From Blastocatellia bacterium (lineage in GTDB: Bacteria; Acidobacteriota; Blastocatellia; RBC074): DNA of 64,000 nucleotides. A program made the position numbers and the translations under genes. The DNA lies in assembly GCA_033763135.1 (NCBI GenBank), contig JANRKY010000286.1, forward strand, positions 3,284-67,283. Reading direction: 5' to 3'. The notes beneath the pieces were generated by a model. That model saw nothing but the letters and a program-made list of their open reading frames with translations, had not been told where the DNA came from and ran no database searches. This document shows, piece after piece, positions 19,363 to 28,811 of the stretch (its first letter is position 1; each line of letters starts with the position of its first letter).

Positions 19363-20418
19363 TTATGCGCCCGGGGTCGGTTGCGACGCCGGAGGCGAAA
19401 TGAAGGGCAGATCGATCAGCCGCGCGCGGCCGCATTCGACCTCGCCGCGCTTCAATGTGAATTCGGTTCCGACGGTCAGATGATAGCGATGAACATACCC
19501 GAGCGCGATCGGTCGGTCGAGCGCCAGGCTTCGCACACTGCTCGTGACGACGCCCACCTTCTTTCCGTCCGCGGCCCAGAGTTCGGTTCCGGCGGCGGGC
19601 GGCTCCGCGCCCTCGATCAGCAACCCGCGCAGTCGTCTGGCCGGCTGCCCGCGCCAGTGGATGCGCGCGATCACCTCCTGCCCGAGATAACAGCCCTTCG
19701 TGTAGCTCACGGCGGCTTCCAGCTCCGATTCGAGGATGATGTACTCTTCGCCCGCGTCCACGCCCTCGCGCGGCGCGCCCGCCTCGATGCGCGCCACCTC
19801 GAACGCTTCCGGGCCCGCTTCGCGCGCGCCCATCGGCTCGCCGGCCGCGAGCAGCGCCGCCAGCGCCTTGTCGCGCTCCTCTGCCGGAACGAAGAGATCG
19901 AATCCCGCCTCGCCGCATCGGGAATGGCGCGCGATCCGCACCGGAACCTCCGCGATCGTCGCCGCGGTGATCGCGTACGGCGCGGCCTCCGCCAGCGCAA
20001 CGCCCGCGACCGCGCCGAGCAGCTCCGCCGCGCGCGGTCCCTGCACCGAGAGCAGCGCAAACCGGTCGCTCTCGTCTTCCAGAAAGAACTCGCCCGCCGG
20101 CACGAACCGCGAGAGGTTCTTGAAGATCTTCTCCCGATTCACCGCGTCCAGCTCCATCAGCAGGGCCTCGCCCGTATTGTAGATCCGGGCCAGCGCGGCC
20201 AGCTTCCCCTGCAGCGTGGGAAACGCCGCGAGCACGCCCTGGCCCGCCGCGAGCGTCTTCACGTCGTTGCTCACCAGGCCATTGAGAAACTGCACGGCAT
20301 TCCTGCCGCTCACGCGCAGCTTTCCCGCCGTCGAAAAATCGATGATCCCCGCGCTCCGGCGAATCGCCTCGTATCCGGCGCGCAGCTCGTCTGTATTCAT
20401 CATCATTCCGCTATTCAA
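19363..20418 (-). CDS. YgfZ/GcvT-like folate-binding protein (Fe-S cluster repair/assembly factor family).
   Basis: Signature KGCYLGQEVIARIH. 351 aa. GcvT-like fold. Confidence 0.75.
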   Translation of the reverse strand: MNSGMMMNTDELRAGYEAIRRSAGIIDFSTAGKLRVSGRNAVQFLNGLVSNDVKTLAAGQGVLAAFPTLQGKLAALARIYNTGEALLMELDAVNREKIFKNLSRFVPAGEFFLEDESDRFALLSVQGPRAAELLGAVAGVALAEAAPYAITAATIAEVPVRIARHSRCGEAGFDLFVPAEERDKALAALLAAGEPMGAREAGPEAFEVARIEAGAPREGVDAGEEYIILESELEAAVSYTKGCYLGQEVIARIHWRGQPARRLRGLLIEGAEPPAAGTELWAADGKKVGVVTSSVRSLALDRPIALGYVHRYHLTVGTEFTLKRGEVECGRARLIDLPFISPPASQPTPGA

Positions 20419-20500
20419 CTGTGTTGGGTATGCAATCGTCGGGTCCCTCGAATAAACGCCACTTTATCACACGATCGCGAAGCCGGCCAAACCGAGCGCC

Positions 20501-20947
20501 TCAGTGCAGCTTGAGATCGGTCAGCATCTTGATTTGGTTCAACCCAAGCGATCTGAAAAGGTCATCATTGGTGACGAAGGAGTCGCATTGCAGGTGAAGA
20601 GCCGTTGCGAGGTGGATGGCATCGGGGAGCTTCAGTCTTGTTGTGGCGCGCAACCGGGCGGCTTCTTCCAGAATGGGACGGGTGATGGGGATGATTTCGA
20701 CGATTGAGGTCGTTGTGAGAAACGCACGATAGGTTTGCTGGACAGGAAAATTCCCGGCTTTTATCGGGCCAACCAATACTTCCGCCAGCGTAAGTTCGCT
20801 GGTTACAACGAATATTTCGCCTCCATCCATCGCGTCCAATATCGGTTGAATCTGGGCGGCAAATTTAGCCATCCCTTCAATCGCATAGATGACCATATTC
20901 GAATCAAGATAGATTCGTTTTCCGAGAGCATTGCTTACTCGTCCCAT
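20501..20947 (-). CDS. vapC: PIN-domain toxin (VapC-like).
   Basis: IYLDSNMVIY N-terminal acidic motif and other PIN residues. Overlaps the upstream antitoxin gene by 13 bp. Local GC is lower than the surroundings. Confidence 0.7.
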   Translation of the reverse strand: MGRVSNALGKRIYLDSNMVIYAIEGMAKFAAQIQPILDAMDGGEIFVVTSELTLAEVLVGPIKAGNFPVQQTYRAFLTTTSIVEIIPITRPILEEAARLRATTRLKLPDAIHLATALHLQCDSFVTNDDLFRSLGLNQIKMLTDLKLH

Positions 20948-21162
20948 GCATCACGCTCCGCCCGTATGAATTGGTCCACCTCTTCCGGCGTTGAAAACAC
21001 TCCCTTCCCCGCACCGAAGTAATTCGCATAATTGGTGGTGGTGAGCGATTGGCTTTGTTTCTGTTCGAGAACTTCCGCGATCTGGCGAATTAGCCTGACG
21101 ATTTCATCGGGTCGCAGCAACTTCACCTGGTCCACAATGAGATCGAGTTGACTGGCTGACAT
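20935..21162 (-). CDS. Putative antitoxin partner of the PIN toxin.
   Basis: 75 aa. The 3' end overlaps the toxin gene. Acidic C-terminus FIRAERDAWDE. Confidence 0.5.
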   Translation of the reverse strand: MSASQLDLIVDQVKLLRPDEIVRLIRQIAEVLEQKQSQSLTTTNYANYFGAGKGVFSTPEEVDQFIRAERDAWDE

Positions 21163-21236
21163 AAAACCTCCTTTCCCATCGAGCGCATTCTACAACTCTT
21201 TCTATCCGCGTCTCAATCGGCCACCGATCGCACCCC

Positions 21237-24200
21237 TTATGAAAACAGCCCCTGGATATCCTCGGCGGTGAGCGATTTGATGAAGCCGGTCTCGGTGGTG
21301 ATCAGCTGTTTGACGAGGTCGCGCTTGCGATCCTGGAGTTGCAGGATCTTCTCTTCGACCGAGTCGCGCATCATCAACTTGTAGACGAAGACGGGTTTGT
21401 CCTGGCCGATGCGGTGGGCGCGATCGGAGGCCTGCATCTCGACGGCGGGATTCCACCAGGGATCGACGTGGACGACGTAGTCGGCCGCGGTCAGGTTGAG
21501 GCCGACGCCGCCCGCCTTGAGGCTGAGCAGGAAGACGCGGATCCCCTCGTCATTCTGGAACTGATCGACGCGCGCCTGCCGGTTGGTCGTCGAGCCGTCG
21601 AGATAGGCGTAGGGGATGCGGGCCTTGCGCAGCTCCTTCTCGACGAGCTTGAGCATCTGGACGAACTGGGAGAAGACGAGCGTCTTGTGCCCCTCGGCCT
21701 GCGCGGTCTTGAGCGTGTCGAGAAGCGCTTCCATCTTGGCGGACCCGCCCTTGTGCGTCGGGCGGACGAGGCGCGGGTGGTTGCAGATCTGGCGCAGCCG
21801 GAGCAGCCCTTCGAGAATCCGGAAGCGCGCCTGCCGGACGCCTCCCTCCTCGATCAGCTTGAGCAGCAGCGCCCGATACTTGTCGCGCGTCTCGATATAG
21901 AGCGCGCGCTGCGCCGGTTCCATCTCGCCCCAGAGGATCTTTTCGGTGCGGGGCGGCAGATCGAGCGCGACCTGGTCCTTGGTGCGCCGCAGGATGAAGG
22001 GATAGACCAGCCGCTTGAGCGTGCGCGTCGTGCCTTCGTCCTTCTGCCGCTCGATCGGCCCCATGAACTCTTCGCGGAAATAGTCGGCCGAGCCGAGCAG
22101 GCCCGGATTGAGAAACGCGAACTGCGACCAGAGCTCCAGCGTGTTGTTCTCGACCGGCGTGCCGGTGAGCGTCAGCCGGTGGCGGCAGGCGAGCTGCCGG
22201 GCGGCCTTGGCCGATTCCGAGACCGGGTTCTTGATGGCCTGCGCCTCGTCGAGAATCACCGTGTCGAACTCGTATTCCCGCAGCCGCTCGATCTCGCGAA
22301 GCAGAATGCCGTAGGTCGTCAGCACGACGTCATATTGATCGAACTCGCCGGTCTCGGCCGCGCGATCCGTGTGCGCGAAATCGAGGATGCGCAGCTCGGA
22401 CGCGAACTTCGCCGCCTCGCGCTGCCAGTTGGTGACGAGCGAGCGCGGCACGATCAGCAGATGCGCGCTCCGCGGCTCCTTCCTGCGCCTGCGCTCGTTC
22501 CGCGCGGCGTAGGATTCCTTGAGCGACTGCAGAAAGCAGAGCGTCTGGATCGTCTTGCCCGTCCCCATATCGTCCGCCAGACAGCCGCCGAACCGCGCCT
22601 CGCGCAGAAAATGCAGCCAGTCGAAGCCCGCCTTCTGATAGGGGCGCAGTTCGCCCGCAAACGCCCGCGGCAGCGCCTGCGGTTGAATCCCCTCGAAATT
22701 CTTCAGCCAGGCGCGGGCCCCCTCGAACCGCTTGTCCGCCTTGACGTGCTCGCTGTCGCCGAACAGATGATCGAGCAGCGCGACGTGATGGCGCGCGACG
22801 CGCAATCCTTCCTCCCGCGCCTCGCTCAGTCCGAACAGATGTTTGTACTTCTCCAGCCAGTCCTCCGGGATCTCGCCGATCGTGCCGTCCGCCAGTTTGA
22901 TGAAACGCTCATTCCTGCGAAGCGCCTTGCGAATCTCGGCCAGCGGGACCATCTGCTCGCCCCAGTGCGCGATCGCCTTCAGATCGAACCAGTCGATCTC
23001 CGAGGTGATCTCGAACGTGATATGGGGCTTCGCCTGATTGATCCGCGCGCTCAGGTCGGATTCGCCATAGATCTCGACGCCGGCCGCGGCCAGCAGCGGC
23101 GCGCGGTTCTTGAGAAAATCGTAGGGATGCATGCCCTTGCGCAGCAGAAAGGTCTCCTGCGCCGTCCCGTCGCGAAGCGCGCCCGCCTTGAGGCCGAACT
23201 CGTCCCCGCCGAGCCGCTGCCACCATTCCGTCTCGCGCTCGATCTGCCGGGTGATTCTCACCGCGAGGTTGCGTTCGGCGTCGTGAACATAGCTGAAGGC
23301 CGGCGGTTTGCGCTCGCTGAGGCATTCGAGGCCGTTGTAGCTGAAACGCAGCGAGATCTGCAGCTCGTGATTCTCTTCGGTCAGATAGACGCGCGGTTGC
23401 GGGACGGCGCCCGAGAGCGTTTCGGTTCGCGCCGCCTCGCCGCGCAGGGAATAGGCTCCCGCAACCTCGCTGAACTTGCGGCTGTAGAACTCGTCGAGCG
23501 AATCGGGCGGGACGATCACCTCCGCCTGCCGGCGAAGCTGATTGTATTGGCTCAGGTGCAGATCCACTCGAAAGATCCGCGAGCCGTCGCGCAGCCAGAG
23601 CGGATGATGATGAAAGACCTCCTGGTCTCGCGAGCCCAGCCGAATCGCTCGATCCGGAAAGGCCGCGACGAGCGAAAGACGGACGCCGCCGTCCGCGCGC
23701 TCCATCTCCACCTCGACCTGCGCGAGACCGGGCAGAACCTCCGCCGCCTCGCGGATGAGCCGGTCCCCCCGTCCGCGAAAGACCAGTTCTCCCGCCAGCG
23801 CGTCCCAAAACGGAGGCCGGGTTGAATCCGCGTAGCCGATGGGCGACGCCTGGAGCCGCTCAAAGGCCAGTTGCATCAACGCCTGCGAACAGGGCGTTGC
23901 ATTCACCCAGCGACGCGAATCCATCTCACGCGCCTGCAGTTCGTAGGCGCTCAGATAATACGCGGGGTTGTTCCAGTTGCGCAGGAGCAGTTCGCTCAGG
24001 GCGGCCCGATCTTGCCAGATGGATTCGGGAATTACCGAGGTCGAAACAAACCCGGGCTGCGCCATCTGCCGGCCATTTCGTTCGACGAACGAGAAGAAGA
24101 GAATCCCCTTCGCCAGTCCCTGTCTCGCCGGCCGCGCTTCCGGCCGCAGGATCATCGCAAGCTCTTCGCGCCACTTCGATTCGGCTTTCGGCTTCCCGTT

Positions 24201-24698
24201 CGCGGGCGCTTCGGGCGCGTATTTCTCCCGCAGCAGCATCGCGGCCGCAATCTTGTGCTTGCAGACGACCTCCGCCGTGATCCGGCCGAAGGGGCAGTCG
24301 CAGTTTGAGACGACCTCGCCGTCCAGCAGCGTGAACCGGACCCGATAGGGAGAGTCGTCGACGACGCGCACCCGCGCGCTCTCTTCGGTCAAGCCCTCGA
24401 TGCGCAGGTCTCTCTTTCGCGCGAAGAGCGCCGCGCCGCGCTTCGCGATGCCCGCGCCCGCCGTCCGCCGCATCGCTCCGAGGTCGATCGCGACGGCCAA
24501 CGCGCGCAGATCGGGCGGCGAAGGCGAAGCTTCCTCGTGCAACTCGCGGCGGCTCTTCTCATGGCGCGCCCAGCGGGACATCGCCAGTTCGCGCAGCTTT
24601 CGCCGAGTCTCGGCAGAAATTTTTCTCTTCATCTGCTCCGGGTATATTCTGAATTTTTGGATTGTATCGTAACCGTCAATGTATCGCTCTGCCCGCAA
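21237..24698 (-). CDS. SNF2-family helicase with an N-terminal SWIM zinc finger.
   Basis: SWIM motif CDCPFGRITAEVVCKHKIAA. DEAQAIKN box. C-terminal helicase domain LSLKAGGVGLNLTAADYVVHVDPWWNPAVEMQASDRAHRIGQ. Confidence 0.85.
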   Translation of the reverse strand: MRAERYIDGYDTIQKFRIYPEQMKRKISAETRRKLRELAMSRWARHEKSRRELHEEASPSPPDLRALAVAIDLGAMRRTAGAGIAKRGAALFARKRDLRIEGLTEESARVRVVDDSPYRVRFTLLDGEVVSNCDCPFGRITAEVVCKHKIAAAMLLREKYAPEAPANGKPKAESKWREELAMILRPEARPARQGLAKGILFFSFVERNGRQMAQPGFVSTSVIPESIWQDRAALSELLLRNWNNPAYYLSAYELQAREMDSRRWVNATPCSQALMQLAFERLQASPIGYADSTRPPFWDALAGELVFRGRGDRLIREAAEVLPGLAQVEVEMERADGGVRLSLVAAFPDRAIRLGSRDQEVFHHHPLWLRDGSRIFRVDLHLSQYNQLRRQAEVIVPPDSLDEFYSRKFSEVAGAYSLRGEAARTETLSGAVPQPRVYLTEENHELQISLRFSYNGLECLSERKPPAFSYVHDAERNLAVRITRQIERETEWWQRLGGDEFGLKAGALRDGTAQETFLLRKGMHPYDFLKNRAPLLAAAGVEIYGESDLSARINQAKPHITFEITSEIDWFDLKAIAHWGEQMVPLAEIRKALRRNERFIKLADGTIGEIPEDWLEKYKHLFGLSEAREEGLRVARHHVALLDHLFGDSEHVKADKRFEGARAWLKNFEGIQPQALPRAFAGELRPYQKAGFDWLHFLREARFGGCLADDMGTGKTIQTLCFLQSLKESYAARNERRRRKEPRSAHLLIVPRSLVTNWQREAAKFASELRILDFAHTDRAAETGEFDQYDVVLTTYGILLREIERLREYEFDTVILDEAQAIKNPVSESAKAARQLACRHRLTLTGTPVENNTLELWSQFAFLNPGLLGSADYFREEFMGPIERQKDEGTTRTLKRLVYPFILRRTKDQVALDLPPRTEKILWGEMEPAQRALYIETRDKYRALLLKLIEEGGVRQARFRILEGLLRLRQICNHPRLVRPTHKGGSAKMEALLDTLKTAQAEGHKTLVFSQFVQMLKLVEKELRKARIPYAYLDGSTTNRQARVDQFQNDEGIRVFLLSLKAGGVGLNLTAADYVVHVDPWWNPAVEMQASDRAHRIGQDKPVFVYKLMMRDSVEEKILQLQDRKRDLVKQLITTETGFIKSLTAEDIQGLFS

Positions 24699-24983
24699 TT
24701 GAGCAAGCGAAGCCGTGGCGCTTTCGCCGAAACGCCGGTCACCGCGAATTTTTCGCCGCTTACCGGTTTTTCCTACCCCGCGGGCGCAATCGAAGCGAGA
24801 ATGCGTCCGGTTTCAGCCGCGGGATTTTGCTGAAACAACGGACGCGCGAGAAGCGTTATCCGTGATCACGTTTCAACCCGAAATGAAATGACGAATATCG
24901 TTCGGCGTTTGGCCTTCAGGCGACCCGGCATCATCGGATGCCCCCGTCCGAAGGCGGATTGACAACCATGGGAGGATGGTCTT

Positions 24984-27668
24984 ATGCGATCGAAAATCGC
25001 GCTGGTTTTCTCATTGATTCTCGCACTGTTTCTCACGCTGTCGGTCTCGGCGCAGACGCCGGTCCTGGACCGGGAACTCTTCTTCGGCGATCCCGAGATC
25101 TCGGGCGCGCAGCTCTCGCCGGACGGGCAGTTCATCGCCTTCATCAAGCCGTATCAGGGGACGCGCAACATCTGGGTCAAGCGCACCGCGGAGCCCTTCA
25201 GCGCGGCCCGGCCCGTGACGGCCGATCCCAAGCGTCCGGTCCCGGCCTATTTCTGGAGCCGCGACGGAAAGTTCATTCTGTTTGTGCAGGACAAGGGAGG
25301 CGACGAAAACTACAACGTCTTCGCCGTGAATCCGGCCGAGAAGCCGGCCGCCGGCGAGGCCGTGCCGAAGGCGCGCAATCTGACCGACGCCAAGAGCGTT
25401 CGCGCGCAGATCTACGCCGTGCCGAAGAGCGACCCCGACCTGCTCTGGGTCGGCCTGAACGACCGCGACCCGGCCTGGCATGATCTCTACAAAGTGAAGA
25501 TCTCGTCCGGCGAGCGGACGCTCGTCCGCAAGAACACCGAGCGGATTCTGAGCTGGACCTTCGATCTCAAGGATCAGATCCGCCTCGCGACGCGCGCCAA
25601 CGACAAGGGCGAGACCGAGGTGCTTCGCGTCGAGGGCGCGGCCGAGGCGGCCACGTTCAAGATGATCTATTCGTGCACCGTGTTTGAGAGCTGCGGGCCG
25701 GTCCGCTTTCACAAGGACAACAAGCGCGTCTATTTCGTAACCAATCGCGGCGCCGACGCCGATCTGATCCGCCTGACGCTCTTCGATCCGGAGACGGGCC
25801 GGGAAGAGGCGGTCGAATCGGATCCGCTGAACCGGGTGGATCTCGGCGGCCCGATCTTCTCGGACGTCACCGATGAGTTGATCGGAACCTCGTACGACGA
25901 CGAGCGCCCGCGCGTCTATTGGAAGGACAAGGCCTTCGAGGCCGACTACAAGTGGCTGCAATCGAAGCTGCCCGGCCGGGAGGTCAATTTCGGCTCCTCG
26001 ACGACCGATGAGACGCTCTGGCTCATCTCGGCGTCGAGCGACCGGGAACCCGGTGAGTCGTGGCTCTTTGATCGCAAGTCAAAGAAGCTGACGCAGCAGT
26101 ATCGCGTCTTCGACAAGCTGCCGCGCGAGCATCTGGCCGAGATGAAATCGATCCGCTACAAATCGTCGGACGGGCTGGAGATCCCCGCCTATCTGACGCT
26201 GCCGAAGGGCGTCGAGGCGAAGAATCTGCCGACGATCATCTTCCCGCACGGCGGTCCGTGGGCGCGCGATGCGTGGGGTTTCGATGGGTACGCGCAGTTC
26301 CTGGCCAATCGGGGTTATGCGGTGCTCCAGCCCAACTTTCGAAGCTCGACGGGGTATGGCAAGAAGTTTCTCAATGCGGGAAATCAGCAGTGGGGCGAGA
26401 AGATGCAGGACGACCTGACGTGGGGCGTCAAGCATCTGGTCGCGCAGGGCATCGCCGATCCGAAGCGCGTCGGGATCATGGGCGGCTCCTACGGCGGCTA
26501 TGCGACGCTGGCGGGGGTGGCGTTCACGCCCGACGTCTATGCGGCCGGAGTCGCGATCGTCGCGCCGTCGAATCTGATCACGCTGCTCGAATCGATCCCG
26601 CCCTACTGGGAAGCGGGACGGAAGATCTTCCACGAGCGGATGGGCGATCCGACGACGACGGCCGGGAAGGCGCAGCTCGAGCGTCAGTCGCCGCTCAACG
26701 CCGCCAATCGAATCAAGACGCCGTTGATGGTCGTGCAGGGGGCGAACGATCCCCGCGTGAAGAAGTCGGAGTCGGATCAGATCGTCGTGGCGCTTCGCGA
26801 GCGGAATTTTCCGGTGGAGTACATCGTCGCGCCCGATGAGGGACATGGCTTTGCGCGCCCGGTGAACAACATGGCGATGTTCGCCGCGGCCGAGAAGTTT
26901 CTGGCCCGGCATCTCGGCGGCCGCTTTCAGGAGGGTGCGACGCCCGAGGTCTCGCAGCGCCTGAAGGAGATCACCGTCGACGTCAGGACGGTCGAGAAAC
27001 CGAAGCGGGTCGACGCCGCCGCGGTCGGCACGCCGAAGCCGGCCGTCGATCTGACGCCGGGAACCCAGAACTACAACGCGAAGATCGAACTGGGAGGACA
27101 GTCGATCGAGATGCAGATCACGGTCGAAATCAAGGAGGCCAACGGACTGTGGGAGGTTCGCGAGACCGCGAAGGGGGCCATGGGCGAGATCCTCGACGCC
27201 ACCTGGCTGGAGAAGGGAACCCTCACGCTTACGAAGCGCGCCATCAAACAGGGCCCCGTCACGATCGATCTGGCAATGAAGGGAAACAAGGCCGAGGGGA
27301 CAATGACCATGAACGGCCAGTCGAAACCCATCTCCGCCGAACTGAGCGGCGCGCTCTTTGCGGACGGCGCGGGCGCCTATGCCGTGATGGGAACGCTGCC
27401 CCTCGCCGAGGGCTACAGCGCAACCTTCCGCAACTTCGACCTGCAGAAACAGAAGATCGACCTGAAGCAGTTGAAGGTCGTCGGCATCGAGAAGGTGACG
27501 GTTCCGGCCGGCAGCTTCGAGGCCTACAAGGCGGAGATCGCCTCCCCCTCGGGAGACGGCGGAAAGACCACCATCTGGGTCGCTCGCGATTCCCGCAAGA
27601 TCGTCAGGATCGGCGCCGTCATGCCCCAGATGAATGGGGCCACGCTCACCAGCGAACTGCTGAAATAG
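24984..27668 (+). CDS. Secreted S9 family (prolyl oligopeptidase/dipeptidyl peptidase) serine peptidase with an extra ~230 aa C-terminal domain.
   Basis: Signal peptide. Beta-propeller N-terminal half. Catalytic GGSYGGY. Downstream Asp and His. Confidence 0.85.
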   Translation: MRSKIALVFSLILALFLTLSVSAQTPVLDRELFFGDPEISGAQLSPDGQFIAFIKPYQGTRNIWVKRTAEPFSAARPVTADPKRPVPAYFWSRDGKFILFVQDKGGDENYNVFAVNPAEKPAAGEAVPKARNLTDAKSVRAQIYAVPKSDPDLLWVGLNDRDPAWHDLYKVKISSGERTLVRKNTERILSWTFDLKDQIRLATRANDKGETEVLRVEGAAEAATFKMIYSCTVFESCGPVRFHKDNKRVYFVTNRGADADLIRLTLFDPETGREEAVESDPLNRVDLGGPIFSDVTDELIGTSYDDERPRVYWKDKAFEADYKWLQSKLPGREVNFGSSTTDETLWLISASSDREPGESWLFDRKSKKLTQQYRVFDKLPREHLAEMKSIRYKSSDGLEIPAYLTLPKGVEAKNLPTIIFPHGGPWARDAWGFDGYAQFLANRGYAVLQPNFRSSTGYGKKFLNAGNQQWGEKMQDDLTWGVKHLVAQGIADPKRVGIMGGSYGGYATLAGVAFTPDVYAAGVAIVAPSNLITLLESIPPYWEAGRKIFHERMGDPTTTAGKAQLERQSPLNAANRIKTPLMVVQGANDPRVKKSESDQIVVALRERNFPVEYIVAPDEGHGFARPVNNMAMFAAAEKFLARHLGGRFQEGATPEVSQRLKEITVDVRTVEKPKRVDAAAVGTPKPAVDLTPGTQNYNAKIELGGQSIEMQITVEIKEANGLWEVRETAKGAMGEILDATWLEKGTLTLTKRAIKQGPVTIDLAMKGNKAEGTMTMNGQSKPISAELSGALFADGAGAYAVMGTLPLAEGYSATFRNFDLQKQKIDLKQLKVVGIEKVTVPAGSFEAYKAEIASPSGDGGKTTIWVARDSRKIVRIGAVMPQMNGATLTSELLK

Positions 27669-27679
27669 CCCGCGGGCCG

Positions 27680-27860
27680 AACGCCTCACGCGAAGGCGCG
27701 AAGATGGGAAGAGCCCGGTCTTCTTCGCGCCTTCGTTTTCGATTCAGAAGCCATGCGAGCCGCGGGATCGAAAAAAGAACGGGAAGATCAAGAAAACTCG
27801 GGAATCGCTTTTCTTTGCGTCTTCGCGGCTTCGCGTGAGGCCCTCTTCTTGCTAACTTTC
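27680..27860. mobile_element. MITE-like ~180 bp element with terminal inverted repeats (copy 1 of 2).
   Basis: TIRs CCTCACGCGAAG...CTTCGCGTGAGG. Internal hairpin CGAAGGCGCGAAGA / TCTTCGCGCCTTCG. The 47598-47800 copy shares the ends, the internal hairpin and conserved internal blocks. Confidence 0.6.
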
Positions 27861-28295
27861 ACCGTATTCCCTGGAAAACGCGTCGAGGGCGCGCTGCAGC
27901 CGGGCGGCGTGCGAGCGTTCGGCGCGAACGAGCGTCTCGAACCATTCGGCGACCTCGTCGAGCCCCTCTTCCCGCGCGGTTCGCGCATAGGCCACATACA
28001 TCTCGGTGAACTCGAAGGTCTCGCCGGCAATCGAGGCGCGCAGGTTGGCGAGGGTGTCGCCGATCGGCTCGCCGGTGACGGGATCGCCGACTTCGCGGAG
28101 AAAGTCGAGATGGCCGTGGGCGTGGCCGGTCTCCCCCTCGGCGATGTCGCGAAACAGCCCGGCGGCGTCGGGATTTCCCTCGATGTCGGCCTGCCGCGCG
28201 AAATAGAGATAGCGTCGATTGGCCTGCGCCTCGCTGGCAAAGGCCTTTTTCAGGTTTTCGTGTGTCTGGCTGCCTTCTAGCTTTGGCATGGTCAT
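27852..28295 (-). CDS. Rubrerythrin-family ferritin-like diiron protein (no rubredoxin domain).
   Basis: [29 protein letters not shown] and a second E-x-x-H half-site. Confidence 0.75.
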   Translation of the reverse strand: MTMPKLEGSQTHENLKKAFASEAQANRRYLYFARQADIEGNPDAAGLFRDIAEGETGHAHGHLDFLREVGDPVTGEPIGDTLANLRASIAGETFEFTEMYVAYARTAREEGLDEVAEWFETLVRAERSHAARLQRALDAFSREYGES

Positions 28296-28305
28296 TCCGG
28301 ATGTC

Positions 28306-28345
28306 CACCCATAAACGAAGACACAAAGGAGACGGCGTCTCCTTT
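28306..28345 (-). terminator. Near-perfect 19 bp inverted repeat followed by TTTAT on the minus strand. Terminator or operator between the iscA-like gene and the rubrerythrin gene.
   Basis: CGAAGACACAAAGGAGACG-g-CGTCTCCTTTGTGTCTTCG. Confidence 0.45.
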
Positions 28346-28381
28346 GTGTCTTCGGGGTATTCGTAAAATTGTCGGCCGAGA

Positions 28382-28711
28382 TCAGGCCGTGAAGGAACTG
28401 CCGCATCCGCATCCGCCGGACGCGTTCGGGTTGTTGAAGGTGAACCCGGATCCCATGACGCTGTTGACGAAGTCGATCTGCACGCCATCGAGATACTGGG
28501 CGCTGAACATGTCGACGAAGACGCGAAGATTGCCGGCCGTGACGACCTCATCGGTGCCCTGCGGGGCCTCTTCGATGTTCATCGCGTACTGGAACCCGGA
28601 GCAGCCGCCCGGAACGACGCGAACGCGGAGACCACCGTCATTTCCGACGTTTTCGGCTTCGAGGAACTTGGCGACTTCGGAGACTGCCGTTTCAGTCAAA
28701 GTCAAATTCAT
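28382..28711 (-). CDS. IscA/ErpA/HesB-family Fe-S cluster insertion protein.
   Basis: C-terminal GGCGCGSSF and an internal conserved Cys. 109 aa. Confidence 0.85.
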   Translation of the reverse strand: MNLTLTETAVSEVAKFLEAENVGNDGGLRVRVVPGGCSGFQYAMNIEEAPQGTDEVVTAGNLRVFVDMFSAQYLDGVQIDFVNSVMGSGFTFNNPNASGGCGCGSSFTA

Positions 28712-28811
28712 AGTGTCATTCTCCTTCTGTTGAATCTGAACGAATCAAATGGTTAATGATGACGGGTGATGATAGCACGGCGAATCGCCGCGTCAACCCG
28801 GTTTACCGCGG

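Noticed and set aside
19070-19918. 282 aa ORF upstream of the rhodanese gene
   Set aside because: The N-terminal two-thirds are Gly/Arg low-complexity and overlap ygfZ. Only the C-terminal ~92 aa were kept, as a low-confidence small ORF.
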